A stretch of 45,789 bases of DNA, taken from positions 31,322,682-31,368,470 of the forward strand of contig NC_068983.1 in the NCBI RefSeq assembly GCF_001194135.2. The letters are read 5' to 3'. This document shows, one piece after another, positions 22,970 to 35,019 of this stretch. Within the stretch, counting starts at the first letter, position 1. The number at the start of each line of letters is the position of its first letter. The position numbers were made by a program, and so were the translations under genes. Source of the DNA: Octopus bimaculoides. Lineage: Eukaryota. The notes under the pieces were generated by a model. That model saw only the letters and a list, made by a program, of their open reading frames with translations. It was not told the DNA's origin and did no database searches.

Positions 22970-23454
22970 GTATGTATGTATGTATGATCATCAACGGATA
23001 CACATATACTTAATGGCGAAAAGAAACTGACGAGAAATTCAATCAAGAAAATGCTTTCTTTCAAGTATTCAATACAAGACTAAAAAATAAAGAATATTAT
23101 AGCTTGACCACATCAAGATCTGTTGGCACTAAATTGAGGACTACCACCTAGATTGTTTAACATTACTGTATAAACGACTTCCAAGAATATCAAACAATAG
23201 TTTTAGAATTTACCTTAGACACCTTTAATGATGCTTTCATAGCATGCTAAGGAGTACTTTTCAAAACAATATGTATTTATTATTATGTAATTATATATGT
23301 ATATGCACTTTCATATGTCTAAAACAAAAGCACTCCACTTTCTCTCTCTCTTTCTTTTTTTTCTCTCTCTCTTTCTTTTTTTCTCTCTCTCTTTCTTTTT
23401 TTTCTCTCTCTCTTTCTTTTTTCTCTCTCTCCCTCTCTCTCTCTNNNNNNNNNN

Positions 23455-23521
<67 letters not shown>

Positions 23522-23609
23522 CATTACGATGTATGCGTACATTCGTACACATGTATGTATTAATAACTATGTCTGTCTATTTATTGTGAGGGGTCGTGGG
23601 AATGCTTAA

Positions 23610-23785
23610 GTATATGTCAAGGGAAAATTTACAAGCTGGTTGATGGCGTAGATAGCAGTTGAATTTTCCTACAATCACGCCCTGCACTCTCAAAGCAGAC
23701 TAATACATAGAACGATACAAATGACCAAGTGGTCGTGGCTAGAAAGTTCTTTTTAGACTGACTTAGGGCTAAATAACAATAACGA
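23610..23785 (+). mobile_element. SINE 3' fragment
   Basis: Ends in GTGGTCGTGGCTAGAAAG...CTGACTTAGGGCTAAATAACAATAAC, a tail type recalled from octopus SINEs. Confidence 0.45.
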
Positions 23786-24467
23786 CTTATTTTATTACAA
23801 TGCACTGTAGTATGATAAATTCAATTCTAGTAGGATTTGATCTAAGAACCTCAGTGTTCTCAACATCTATTTCGACGTTTTACCATATTTGCTAACTTAT
23901 CACGTTCAATTTAAGATTCCAAACCTGGCTCCAAACCGCTAAGCCATGTTCAATTTTACTTCCACCGACCAGCCATCAACTTCCTCCCGTTTTCCCATGA
24001 TATCTATATTCTGTGGATTCATTGCCAAGAAGAGAAGAGGAATTCGGTATACTTACCGAGCTCTGAACTGTTGAGAAAATGCCAAAATATAAGATCTGAA
24101 GGTCTACTACACAGTAATGGCGCGTGAAAGCCAATGATCTTCTTATGACTGATTACTGATAAGTGCTGCTGTTATCAGTGCTACGAAAAGCAAACATTTC
24201 GATAGCTACTAACGCTAACAACTAAATAATGGCTGAAGTTTCCATATACGTATATACATCCCGTACATAAATATTTTAGATATAATTCAAACATCTAGAT
24301 ATACACGTATACATTAAGAAATACATATATGCTTGCAGATGTACACATGCATTTGTGCAGACGTTTAGATTCACACATATTTTAATCTATTTACAAACGT
24401 ATATTAACACACATAAACATGAGTGTCTGTCTGTCTCTTTGTCTCTCTGTCTCTCTCTCTCTGTATC

Positions 24468-24519
<52 letters not shown>

Positions 24520-24914
24520 NNNNNNNNNNNNNNNNNNNNNNNNNNNNNNNNNNNNNNNNNNNNNNNNNNNNNNNNNNNNNNNNNNNNNNNNNNNNNNNNN
24601 NNNNNNNNNNNNNNNNNNNNNNNNNNNNNNNNNNNNNNNNNNNNNNNNNNNNNNNNNNNNNNNNNNNNNNNNNNNNNNNNNNNNNNNNNNNNNNNNNNNN
24701 NNNNNNNNNNNNNNNNNNNNNNNNNNNNNNNNNNNNNNNNNNNNNNNNNNNNNNNNNNNNNNNNNNNNNNNNNNNNNNNNNNNNNNNNNNNNNNNNNNNN
24801 NNNNNNNNNNNNNNNNNNNNNNNNNNNNNNNNNNNNNNNNNNNNNNNNNNNNNNNNNNNNNNNNNNNNNNNNNNNNNNNNNNNNNNNNNNNNNNNNNNNN
24901 NNNNNNNNNNNNNN

Positions 24915-24979
<65 letters not shown>

Positions 24980-25439
24980 AGCAATACCTTTGAAGATATG
25001 GAAGAAATAACTGAAGGATATAATTTTCATGGCTGAGCATGAAGAATCTAAATGAAATGGCTTTCACTGAAAATAATTCCAGAGAAGTTAAAATAATCTA
25101 AGAATTTTGCTTTGACTCTCAGCTTCTGCTATTTAGCATAAAGCAATAAAGGTCTTTAAAAAGACATGAATATAATAATTCACATTTATTGTCTCTAACG
25201 CATAAAAGCAACAAGAGGAATCGTAACTTTACAAATTCTGCTAGTGTGAATAAACAGAAATTATATGTATGAATTAAATGAATAATTTAACACATTCTCA
25301 CCCTCATGTACACGCATATACACATTCACAAACACACATACATACACACATACACACACACATATTAATATGTCAGTAAAATGTACTACCTACAACTACT
25401 TCAAAGAAACTTGAAACATCCATAAAATAACATTTTTAT

Positions 25440-25830
25440 AGTGAGTGTTAGTATAGTGAGTGAAGTATATTGAAGCCAACTGGACTAAATGATGCAGAAA
25501 CTTACAAAAAAGAAAACAGCTTATATTAGTCAACAGATCCACTCCTATTTTATTGCAAAGCAACGCCAGAACACACATCGCAAAAATGACATTGACGAAA
25601 CTACAGGAGTTCTCCTTCATCCACCATACTCACCTGATCTACCTAACTACCACTTCTTCCAGAATTTGGATAAGTTTTTGATAGGAAAAAAAATTTATTT
25701 CAACGATGTTGTAAAACAGGCCTTCCAGGATTTTATTGCCAGGCTTTTACAGTTCCTGGATGGACAAGCTACCGCTGAAATGACAAAAGTGTATTGACAA
25801 TATGGGTGCATACTTTGATTAATAAAATTA
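25440..25830 (+). mobile_element. Degraded mariner transposase C-terminal fragment
   Basis: NARTHIAKMTLTKL, LLHPPYSPDL..YHFFQNLD and QKCIDNMGAYFD* motifs. Confidence 0.85.
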
Positions 25831-26189
25831 TTCCTTGTATCTATAAAACATTAGCAAACTTTTTTTTTCTTTTCTACAAATTTCATACTTGACGTTGCAG
25901 GAAAACTTAATTTTAAAGTTTGCGTAAGCCAGGAAATTTTAACTGTTCAAAATTAAATACGTTTGCAATGCAGTGGGAAGTTATTCTCGTATTTAGCATT
26001 ACAGTAACAAATTCGAACTTGTTTCGGGCTCACTAGATCTTCATTACAAGGTCTTAGAATGACTAAATACCTGTAGGTTTTTACACAGAGGTGCAAACAC
26101 ATACACACACACGCAGTGTGTGTTCGCAAGTGATATGGTAAAGTATATGTGCAGATAAGAGCTGTATCCACATCTAGTTCTGTTTAGCT

Positions 26190-26590
26190 TGTCAGATAGA
26201 GGTGACAGTGCCAAGCAAAAAAGAAGTGGAGACAGTCTCCCTGGAATATTCCTCTTCTAATGGGGATGGTTTGGTTTTAATGAGTCTCTCTTTTGTCTGG
26301 AGCTGTAGCAGTAGTTGTCACTTATTCGTGGGATGTTTTATATATTTCATGATTATGGGTGCTACCTTGTTCGTTGCTAGTGTTTCTAGGATCCATGTTT
26401 GGGGAATACTATCAAAAGCCTTTCGATAATCAATCCAAGCGATGCTTAGACCCTACTTTTTTCCTACAGCTGTCTTCAGTCATGGTTTTATTGATCAATA
26501 GCTGATCTTTACATTCGTATGATCCCTTGCAGCATCCCTATAATGATCTATTATTATCTCTTTATCACAGATTTTGTTGGAGCTCCTGGA
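26190..26590 (-). mobile_element. R4/Dong-like LINE RT fragment
   Basis: Closely similar to 30930-31260 (KDQLLINK, DYRKAFDSIPQTWILETL, RGIFQGDCLHFF). Confidence 0.85.
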
Positions 26591-26599
26591 GTCTTACAT

Positions 26600-29500
26600 G
26601 CGTAGCGGGCTTGCAACATGCAGCCTACGGTACAATGCCATTGTTCTTTTCAACTGTGTAATACTTTCCTGATTATCCTGGCCGTGCCAAGGAGGCAAAC
26701 GTTTTGTAACAGCTCTACTGGGCAGTCTATTCCAATTTCCTTTGTATTCCCCTTGATGCCTTTTGCATTAACATTTTCGATGATGCCTTCGGGTTTACCT
26801 TCGTACCACTTTTTTGTTCTGTCATGTCCATACTTATTGCAAAGTGTCCAACGGACAAAACTTGCCAAGTTGTCATGGCGTCTCTTATATTCTTTATAGG
26901 CTAGTGGTGTACTTTGATTGGTAATATGCCAAACGGTTTCACCATTTTGTCCACAAATTCTGCACTTACCACTTTCTGATGTGTTGCCTATTCTGTATTT
27001 GATGTAATTGGTTCTTAATGCTTGCTCTTGGACAGCACAGATTAGAGCCTCCGTTTCCGGTTTTAAATCACTATTAGTCATCCATAGCTATCATTTTTCT
27101 CCGTCTATCTTATATTCAGCATCCCTATGAAATTGTCCATGCATTCTTTTCTTTATCCACCTATTTTCAGTTTCATTCATTCTCAAGTGCTTGTACAGTG
27201 CTTTATCTTTGCAATCTTCCATCCTACACAAGCCTAACCTTTTTACTTCCAATCTTCCAGTAATAGCGGTTCTATGGCATTTTTTACATACCATGCTATG
27301 TTGTTTTCTTCTGATCTAATGCTGTGTTCACATCCAATCAGTCCTCTTCCCCCTCTTTTTCTTGGTACATACAGTCTATCTGTGTCACTTTTGGGGTGGA
27401 GTATCCCACATCTAGTCAGCATTTTCCTTGTATTTCTGTCTAAGTTCTTTAGTTCGTCTGCTGTCCATGCGATTAGCCTTACTCCATACCTACCCAGGTG
27501 TTGACAGCTTCAATCTTATTCCATACGTTTATTTTCAGTCTCAGTCTGCGCAAGTACTCCACCTTAAATTTTTCTGTCATTTCTTTCTCCATCAATTTCT
27601 CCATTTTCAATATCCCCAAATACTTATAGCTTGTCTCTTCTATTTGCTTCATAACCTCCCACGACGGTATCGCTAGCCCGTCCATACATTCAATTTTTCC
27701 TCTCTTCAAGAGTAACATGTCACACTTTTTCAGTCCGAAATCCATTCTTATATCGGCACTGAATGTATACTAGGGATTCATCTTTACCATAAAGTTTGAG
27801 GTCATCCATGAATAACAAGTGGTTGACTTTTTGTTGACGGCTCTTGAATATATACCCAACCTTTGCTTTCCTCAGAATCAGTGTTAATAGTATCATGCAC
27901 AGTATAAAGATCAGTGGGGACAGGCAGTCCCCTTAGAAGATGCCTCTCCTAATTTCTATTGTCCCTAAACTTCTTCCATATCCTGTCAGTTCCGTTCTCC
28001 ACTTTTCCATACTTTTTCCAAGCAATCGTTCAACATTCGATGCAATACCAAATAGGTTCATGCATTCCATAATCAAAAAATGTGGGGATTATATCGTATG
28101 CTTTACGATAATCGATCTATGACATGACTAAGTTAGCTTTACTCTTCCTTGCAAACTCTAAGTACAGTTTTGTCTACCAGCTGTTAATCCCTGGTACCTG
28201 TGTACTTATGCTTGCACCCCTTCTGCTCATGTGGCAGATTTTCCAGATGTGCGTATATTGACTCTGCAACTATTCCAGTCAATATTTTCCACATAAGCGG
28301 CAAGCAGCATATCGGCCTATAATCTTCTACCGTATTGCCTTTTTGGATGTTTTTCAAGCATAGAACTGTTCTACCCTCTATCAACCATTTAGGTGTTACT
28401 TGGTCAGGATTTAACAAGGTGTTGAGTTGTGCAGCAATTCGTGCATGACATTCTCCAAATCGTTTGATCCAGTAGCCTTGAACTCCAACTGGTCCCGCGG
28501 CCTTCCAGTAGCCCATTTTCCTTCTTTTTTTTTTTTTTTTGCTGATTTCCTTCAATTCCCTAACTGAAATGACTAGTTCTGCCTGTTTTGGACAGACTAC
28601 TGTTTGTTTCAATTCTTGCAACCATTCAGCATCCTTCTTGTGCTCCTTGTCTTTGCTCCAGATGTCACTCCAAAACCTTTGACTTTCAATGTTATCTGGT
28701 ATCAACTTTCATCTGTACACACTTCATTTATTTCTTTGTAGAATCTCTTCTGATCTGAATAAACTATTCTGCTGGTATCCCTTCATTCTTTGGTCGTATC
28801 TTACCATCTTTGCTTTCTTTGCAATGAGGCGCTGTTTCAGTTCTCCCATTACCACTTTCAGACCCTTTCTTTCAATATCCTACTTCCTGTTCAGTGCCTT
28901 GTATTTTTATTTCCTTTTAAACTTCCCCTTCTCTTTTCGGTTTAACACAGAAATGTCGTTCCAGAGCATATATATAACCCCGCCTGCATTCTTCTTTCCC
29001 ACCATGGATCTTTTCTTTTGTCACTCCCAATATATACTATTGTATCGCACGTTCGACGTACGATGTAACGGAATAATAATAATAATAATGTCCTTGCAAA
29101 TCGTTCTACTCAAGATACTAGTAATAACCCTCGACAATACGCAACTCTCAGCTTTACACCGCTCAAATGACTCTCTGCGCATGTCCATTTATATTGTGGC
29201 ACAGTCTATTAGGGGCTACCCAATAGGGTTGTTCTACTTCCACACAACAAATACTTGCTGCCTTGGTCAAATTATTTGTTTCTGTGATGCTTTTTGTTCT
29301 GATGTTTTTTTCAGAATGGCATTCACATTTTTCATTTCTTGGTTCAATTTCCACCGATCAACCTTTTTAAGGTTGCAAATAATGTCGCTGTCGTTCTCCT
29401 ATAACCATACCTTTATTCTGTCGTAGATTGTCTTTAGTTTTATTGTCTTCTTCCAGACCATCTATATATATCTCATCGAGCAAGCTATCACTGTTCCTTT

Positions 29501-29654
29501 CCTTTGGTTTATTAGAGATCTCACCTATGTTTTCTGCTCTGAGACTACTTTCATCAGTAAGAATTGTATTTTCATCGTTTCCTTTGCTGCTGTTTTTCAA
29601 TATCCGTCTTTTGATAGCTTTGAGCTCTACTTCTATGAACCAACGATTTTTTCT
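26600..29654 (-). mobile_element. Degraded R4/Dong-like LINE (copy B): N-terminal region, RT and CCHC knuckle; REL core deleted
   Basis: IRKNRWFIEVELKAIKRR, FWSDIW, KAAGPVGVQGYWIK, YRPICCLP, EQKGC, HLLFMDDL, YKYLGIL, CRICGQNGETVWHI...EYKRRHD, ELLQNVCLLGTARIIRKVL*; many frameshifts. Confidence 0.9.
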
Positions 29655-32600
29655 TATTGGCATATCCCAAAGTATGGTTGCTTTCTCGTTTTCTGTGACC
29701 TTTTCTGGTGTGTGCCTATATCATCTTTTTTCTGTTGTTATTTCATAGTGTTGGCATAGCTTCAAGTGTATGTAGGTCCCAGCTCTGTTGTGTCTGTGAA
29801 TATATTCCTTCTTAGCCAGGACTGAGCAGCCAGAGATAATATGATTTATTGTTTCTTGTTCATCGCCACATATTCTGCAGTTACTTGTTATGTTTATTTT
29901 CATTATATGGTTTTGGTAATTTCTGGTGGGGATGCTTTGGTCTTGTGCTACTATTAAAAATCCTTCAGTCTCTTCTTTGAGTCCTGAGTTTCTCAACCAT
30001 TGCTGGGATTTTTCTCTCTCTATTTCTTTTGCATTTAATTTAGCCCAGTATTTACCATGTAGGGGCTTTTCTTGCCATCGTTTTATCATGGTCCGTTGCT
30101 GTTCTAGTTTTAGTTTGGATTTCATTTGTTTTATAGCTTTTGTTGTTTCTTTTTCTTCGTCTTCGTATTTGTTAGGTAGTATGATTTCTTGTTTGTATTT
30201 GTCAGCTTCCTTAAATACTGAAAACAGGCTTTTGTTTTGCTTGTGTATTGTGGCTATTTGTATTAGTTTTCCTTGCTTCTGAAGTAGGTATTTTTGCAGT
30301 CCTATGGTGGTTATTTTATAATAGTTTTCCAGCTGTATAAGACCTCTACCACCTTCTGTACGTTGTATATATAGCCTTTCTATGTCAGAATTTGGGTGGT
30401 GCATCCTAGATCCTGTCATTATTTTTCTTGTTTTCCTGTCTATTTTCGTTAGTTCATTTAGTGCCCAGTTAAGAATATTGTAGCTGTAACTTATAACTGG
30501 GACGGCTAAAGTGTTAATACTTATCTTGTTTTTAGCATTGAGCTCTGTTTTCAGTATTGATCTAACTCGTCTATAGTATTCTTTCTTCATTTTCTCTTTC
30601 CTTTGTGTGTGTTGTATCCTATCTAGTTCATTGATTCCTAAGTATTTGTATGTCTGGCTTTGGTCCAATTCTCTTATTTCATTGACTTTATCTAGCGTGA
30701 TGTGGCTACTCTTAACTAGTTTTCCTTTTTTCAGGGTTGCTTTGGCACATTTTTCTAATCCAAATTTCATATCTATTTCTTTGGTAAATCCATGTACTGT
30801 CTGTAGCAGTGTTTCCAGCTGTTTATCATTTGTAGCGTATAGTTTTAGGTCATCCATATATAGAAGGTGGCCGATTGTTTTGCGATAACATTTATATCCG
30901 CATCCGGTTCTATTTAGCATGTCAGATAAAGGTGTGAGTGCCAAGCAGAACAGGAGTTGAGAGAGCGTGTCTCTCTGGAATATTCTTCTTCTAATGGGGA
31001 TGGCTTTGGTTTTCACGAGTCCCTCTTTTGTTTGGAGCTGTAGCACTGCCTGCCATTTATTCATAGAGTATCTTACGTATTTTATAATTATTGGTGCTAC
31101 CTTGTTTATGGCTAGCGTTTCGAGGATCCACATGTGGGTAACACTATCAAAAGCTTTTCGGTAGTCGATTCAGGCCATACTGAGACCGTTCTTCTTTCTC
31201 CAGCTGTCTTCAGTTATGGCTTTAGTGATCGTTAATTGATCTTTACAGCCGTTTGAGCCCTTGCAGCATCCCTTCTGCTCTTCTGGAAACAGGTTGTTTT
31301 ATTCTTACTCAATCACTGCGATATTATTGCAGTAAAGGCTTTGTAGATTGTAGGGAGACAGGTTATAGGTCTGTAGTTTTGTGGTTTTGCCATTTCCGTG
31401 GATTTGGTAATTAGGATAGTTTTTCCTTTCGTGAGCCGTTCAGGCATTGTCTCCGGCTCTGCTAGTATGTCGTTAAAGTTTTCAGCCAGCTTTTTGTGTA
31501 TTCCTGTCAGATATTTTAACCAGAAGTTGGGGATATTGTCGTGTCCAGGTCCTTTTCTGAGGTTGTTGCTTCACCGACCATATTTGTTTCCAAAATTCTT
31601 CCACTTCTTCTGCTGTTGGTGCTGCAGTACTGTCTATTTTATTTTTACCCAGTTCTTGGTAGAATTTTTGGGGGTTGGATTTGAACTGTTTGTTTTGTTC
31701 AAAGAAACGTTGGCGTTTCTCATACCGGCGGATCCTTTGTGCTTTGGCAAGGATATATTGCTTTAGCTTTTCTTTTACCTCAGATAAATCTTTTTCTGCA
31801 ATGTATTTGCATAGTATTTTTTTTTTCTTCTTGTTACTTAGTAGTGTTGATTGTCTACTAATTTCGTTAAGAATCGGCAGATCTTTTCTCTTTTTTAAAT
31901 TTTTTGTTTGAATATTATTTATCCACAGGGTTTGTTTGGGTTTGTGGAACTCCTGTTTGGACGGGTTTGAGGGAGTATCCTGCTTCTTTTGTGGCTGCAG
32001 TAGCTGTTGCATATATTATGTTATTTAGCTCAGTGCCATTTGTTTCTGTGGTTGTTAGTTCCGTGACGACCAGGTTCATGCTATTTATTATTGATGCTGT
32101 TTTATTGTCTATTTTGATTTTTGGGAGGTATAATCTGTGGTCTATTCTGAGATCTGTGGTTTTCAGTTCTTTGATTATTCTCATTTTTATAGTATCATAA
32201 TCATTAGGTTCCTCTTCACTGTTTCCAGGTTTTAGATTTGTTTCACCTTCCTTTTCATTCATATATTTGTCTGTGGTGTTCTGGATTGGTGCTTTTTGTA
32301 CATTAATATACATCCCTACGGTCTGGGTTTGTTGCTTTTTGTTTTCTTCGTTTTTGTTGGAAATGTTGCGTTTGTCTTCTTTTTTAAATATCTCAGTGTT
32401 TATATTATTTGGCATTGTTGTGTGACTACTATCTACGTTTTCCTGATGTATTTTTCCTTTTACTTATTCTATTTCTATTTCTGATTTTTTTTTTTTTTTG
32501 CTTTGAGAATATATCTTCGTATGTTAGCTAGTTTATTAGGGTTCATTGCTGTATCCAAGTCTTTATTTAGGTTATTTTTCTTCCATATTTTATATGTATG

Positions 32601-32960
32601 TGTTGTTGAGTTTTCGTTCTTTGGGTAGAGCACTGTTGTAAAATAAACGTATAGGATTGAAATATATTTCTCACGTGTCCATTTACGCCTTTTTGGTTTT
32701 ATTTGCGGGACATGAGGAACAACGTTCGGCCCTTTATTTTGACGGTCATCATTTTCTGTTGTCAAATTGTTTTGCACGTGTAGTTTTTCGTACTTTTTGT
32801 GTAACAAGTTTAAAGTACGCACTTCCCGATTGTTATTCCTGGGTTGAATAATACCGGTATTATTTAATTTATTTGTAATTTTTTTGTACATGGTGTTTGG
32901 GGCCGGAGATGGTCTGGTGTTGGTGGATCGTAATGTATCAAGCGTGTTTACATGTGCTGT
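29655..32960 (-). mobile_element. Nearly complete R4/Dong-like LINE (copy C), 3'-truncated inside the REL domain
   Basis: RRKWTRE N-terminus, AKAQRIRRYEKR, NYRPITCLP, EQKGCCKGSNGCKDQL, DYRKAFDS, HLLYMDDLKLYA, YKYLGI, CRICGDEQETINHIISGC, ending at ILWDMPI. Confidence 0.92.
29721..31133 (-). pseudogene. 470-codon open segment of the R4-like RT and zinc knuckle
   Basis: Longest credible ORF in the window; YMDD catalytic motif and CCHC; bounded by a nonsense TGA at a W-like position. Confidence 0.9.
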
Positions 32961-33904
32961 GCGAGCAGTGGAGATGATATCCAGTTAAAATACATCATTT
33001 CATTTGGAAAATAGAAATAAATTTCCATCAGTATTACTTACTCGGATATAGTCCAACCCTTTGTCAGCTAGTTTTGGCTCCATGCGATGTCTTTATTTCC
33101 GATGTTTGTGGATGAATTTCGGAGCAGTGTTTTATCGCTCTCACATGTTAAACGTCCCCGGTGTATCCTCTGTTAAACGTCTCCAGTGTTATCATCTTCA
33201 CCATCATTGTTATTATTATTATTATTCATGTAGTCTTGAATCCGTGAATGACGTGTCATATCCTTTGTTTAGGTAGGCAATTTATCTCATTGCTAGGGAC
33301 TTCTAAATATTTTCTCTCATGATGAGTCATTGTCAACATACAATTGTTTGCTACCCAAGATTTACTCCAGCATCCCTTCTTCTGTTTCTTAAATAGTACA
33401 GCTGTTCAATTTCCACGAAGATCAATATCATCAGGTAGCAATCCTGCCAATAATTAACATACCAACAGTAAATATAAGAAATCTGTGGTTACCTTTGTTT
33501 AACATTTCTGTATAAGAATAGTTCCCCTTTTGCCACTCTTCTAGTAAGTATTGAGCAGAATGGAGCTTTGAAATCTATTCCTAAAACTTTCTATTTTGGT
33601 ATCATTAGTTATTCTCTGTTCTTATTTTTGTTTAATAGATTTGGTCTTATTTTGCTGTTCTCAATTCTATAAGCAACTATAGCTTAGATTGCTTTTATGT
33701 TTCAGTTTGTTACTCCAAATAACCTGATCAATATGTTGACTCACCTGTATCTGGCACTATATTATCTTAATGTTCTTCATTGCAGTTCAGTTCCTAATAG
33801 AATTTCCTTTCATTGTTTTTAAACTTTCTATGCTCTGTTTAATGTCAGTTTTTTTTTGTTTTTTTTTTTGCTTTATATATTTTCTGTACAATATTCCTAA
33901 ATGT

Positions 33905-34100
33905 TGCGACGAGCCGGCAGAAGCAGAGAAAATGTTGGGCAGCATTTTGTCTGTATTTATGTTCTGAGTTCCAAATCCACCGAAGTTGACTTTGCCTTTC
34001 ATTCTTTCGTGGTCAATAAAATAAGAGCTAGTTCAACACTGAGACCTTTCCTTAAAACTGCTGGATTTGTGCCAAATTTTGGAACCATTATTATTATTAT
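33905..34100 (+). mobile_element. tRNA-derived SINE (same family as the 8.4-10.2 kb cluster)
   Basis: GTTCTGAGTTCCAAATCCACCGAAGTTGACTTTGCCTTTCATTCTTTCG and an (ATT)n tail. Confidence 0.8.
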
Positions 34101-34134
34101 GGCCGCCATACTGTTAAGTCACAGCATCTTATTA

Positions 34135-34339
34135 CTTTTTTTTTACTTGTTTCAATCATTAGACTGCGGCCATGCTGGGACTGCAGGGGAAACTTTTTGT
34201 TGAATTTTTAGTTGAATGCATCAACCTCAGGACTTATTCTTTAAAGTCTGATGCTTCTTCTATCGGTCTCTTCTGCTGAACCGGTAAGTTACTGGGACGT
34301 ATACACGCCAGCACGGGTTTTCAAGTGGGGGACACAATG

Positions 34340-34380
<41 letters not shown>

Positions 34381-34565
34381 TGCACACGCATATATATATA
34401 TATATATAACCAAGGGGCTTCTTTTAGTTTCTATCTACCAAATCCACTCACAAGTCTTTGATCGGCCCGAAGCCATAGTAGAAGGCACTCACCCAAGGTG
34501 TCGCGCAGTGGGACTGAACCCTGAACCATGTGGTTGGGAAGTAATCTTCTTATCACATAGTCACT
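34135..34565 (-). mobile_element. tRNA-derived SINE with internal (TA)/(TG) microsatellite
   Basis: Reverse complement: TTCCCAACCACATGGTTCAGGGTTCAGTCCCACTGCG...GATTTGGTAGATAGAAACTAAAAGAAGCCC, then microsatellite, then CAGCATGGCCGCAGTCTAATGATTGAAACAAGTAAAA tail. Confidence 0.85.
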
Positions 34566-35019
34566 CACAGCATTTTATCACTTCGTAAGTTTTAAGAGTC
34601 TTTTCCATCGTTTCCGTTCATGGATGTCTTTTGTAATAACATTGTTTAAACTATTATGGTAATAGCTTGTTTAGAAATACCTTGTTTTGGTGCGGACTTA
34701 ATAGTTTTGTTTTGACCTACCTGAAAACACAAAGATTTTCACCTTTTTCAAATTCTTAAAAAATGTCGGAAAAAGAATTAATAATAACGCTCGACAACTA
34801 AAAGCGTTTCTTCCACTCCAAATCCCAAAGATAATATTGACGTGTCCTAAGATATCGGATTAGCGAATTAGTTAAACGAGTGTTGACAGGAGCAATCATC
34901 AACAACAAATGGTTGCATGCTCTAAAAAGGCGACTAAAATAGAATCAATAAGGCTTAGCAATAAAATAGCAATTAAAAAAACGTAACATAGAGGGAGATT
35001 TAGCTAGGCGCTCACAAGA

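Noticed and set aside
24155-24179. ACTGATAA/TTATCAGT hairpin with a nearby GAAA
   Set aside because: The CTGATAA is itself inside the stem, so hammerhead topology is impossible; an isolated 8-bp hairpin is unremarkable.
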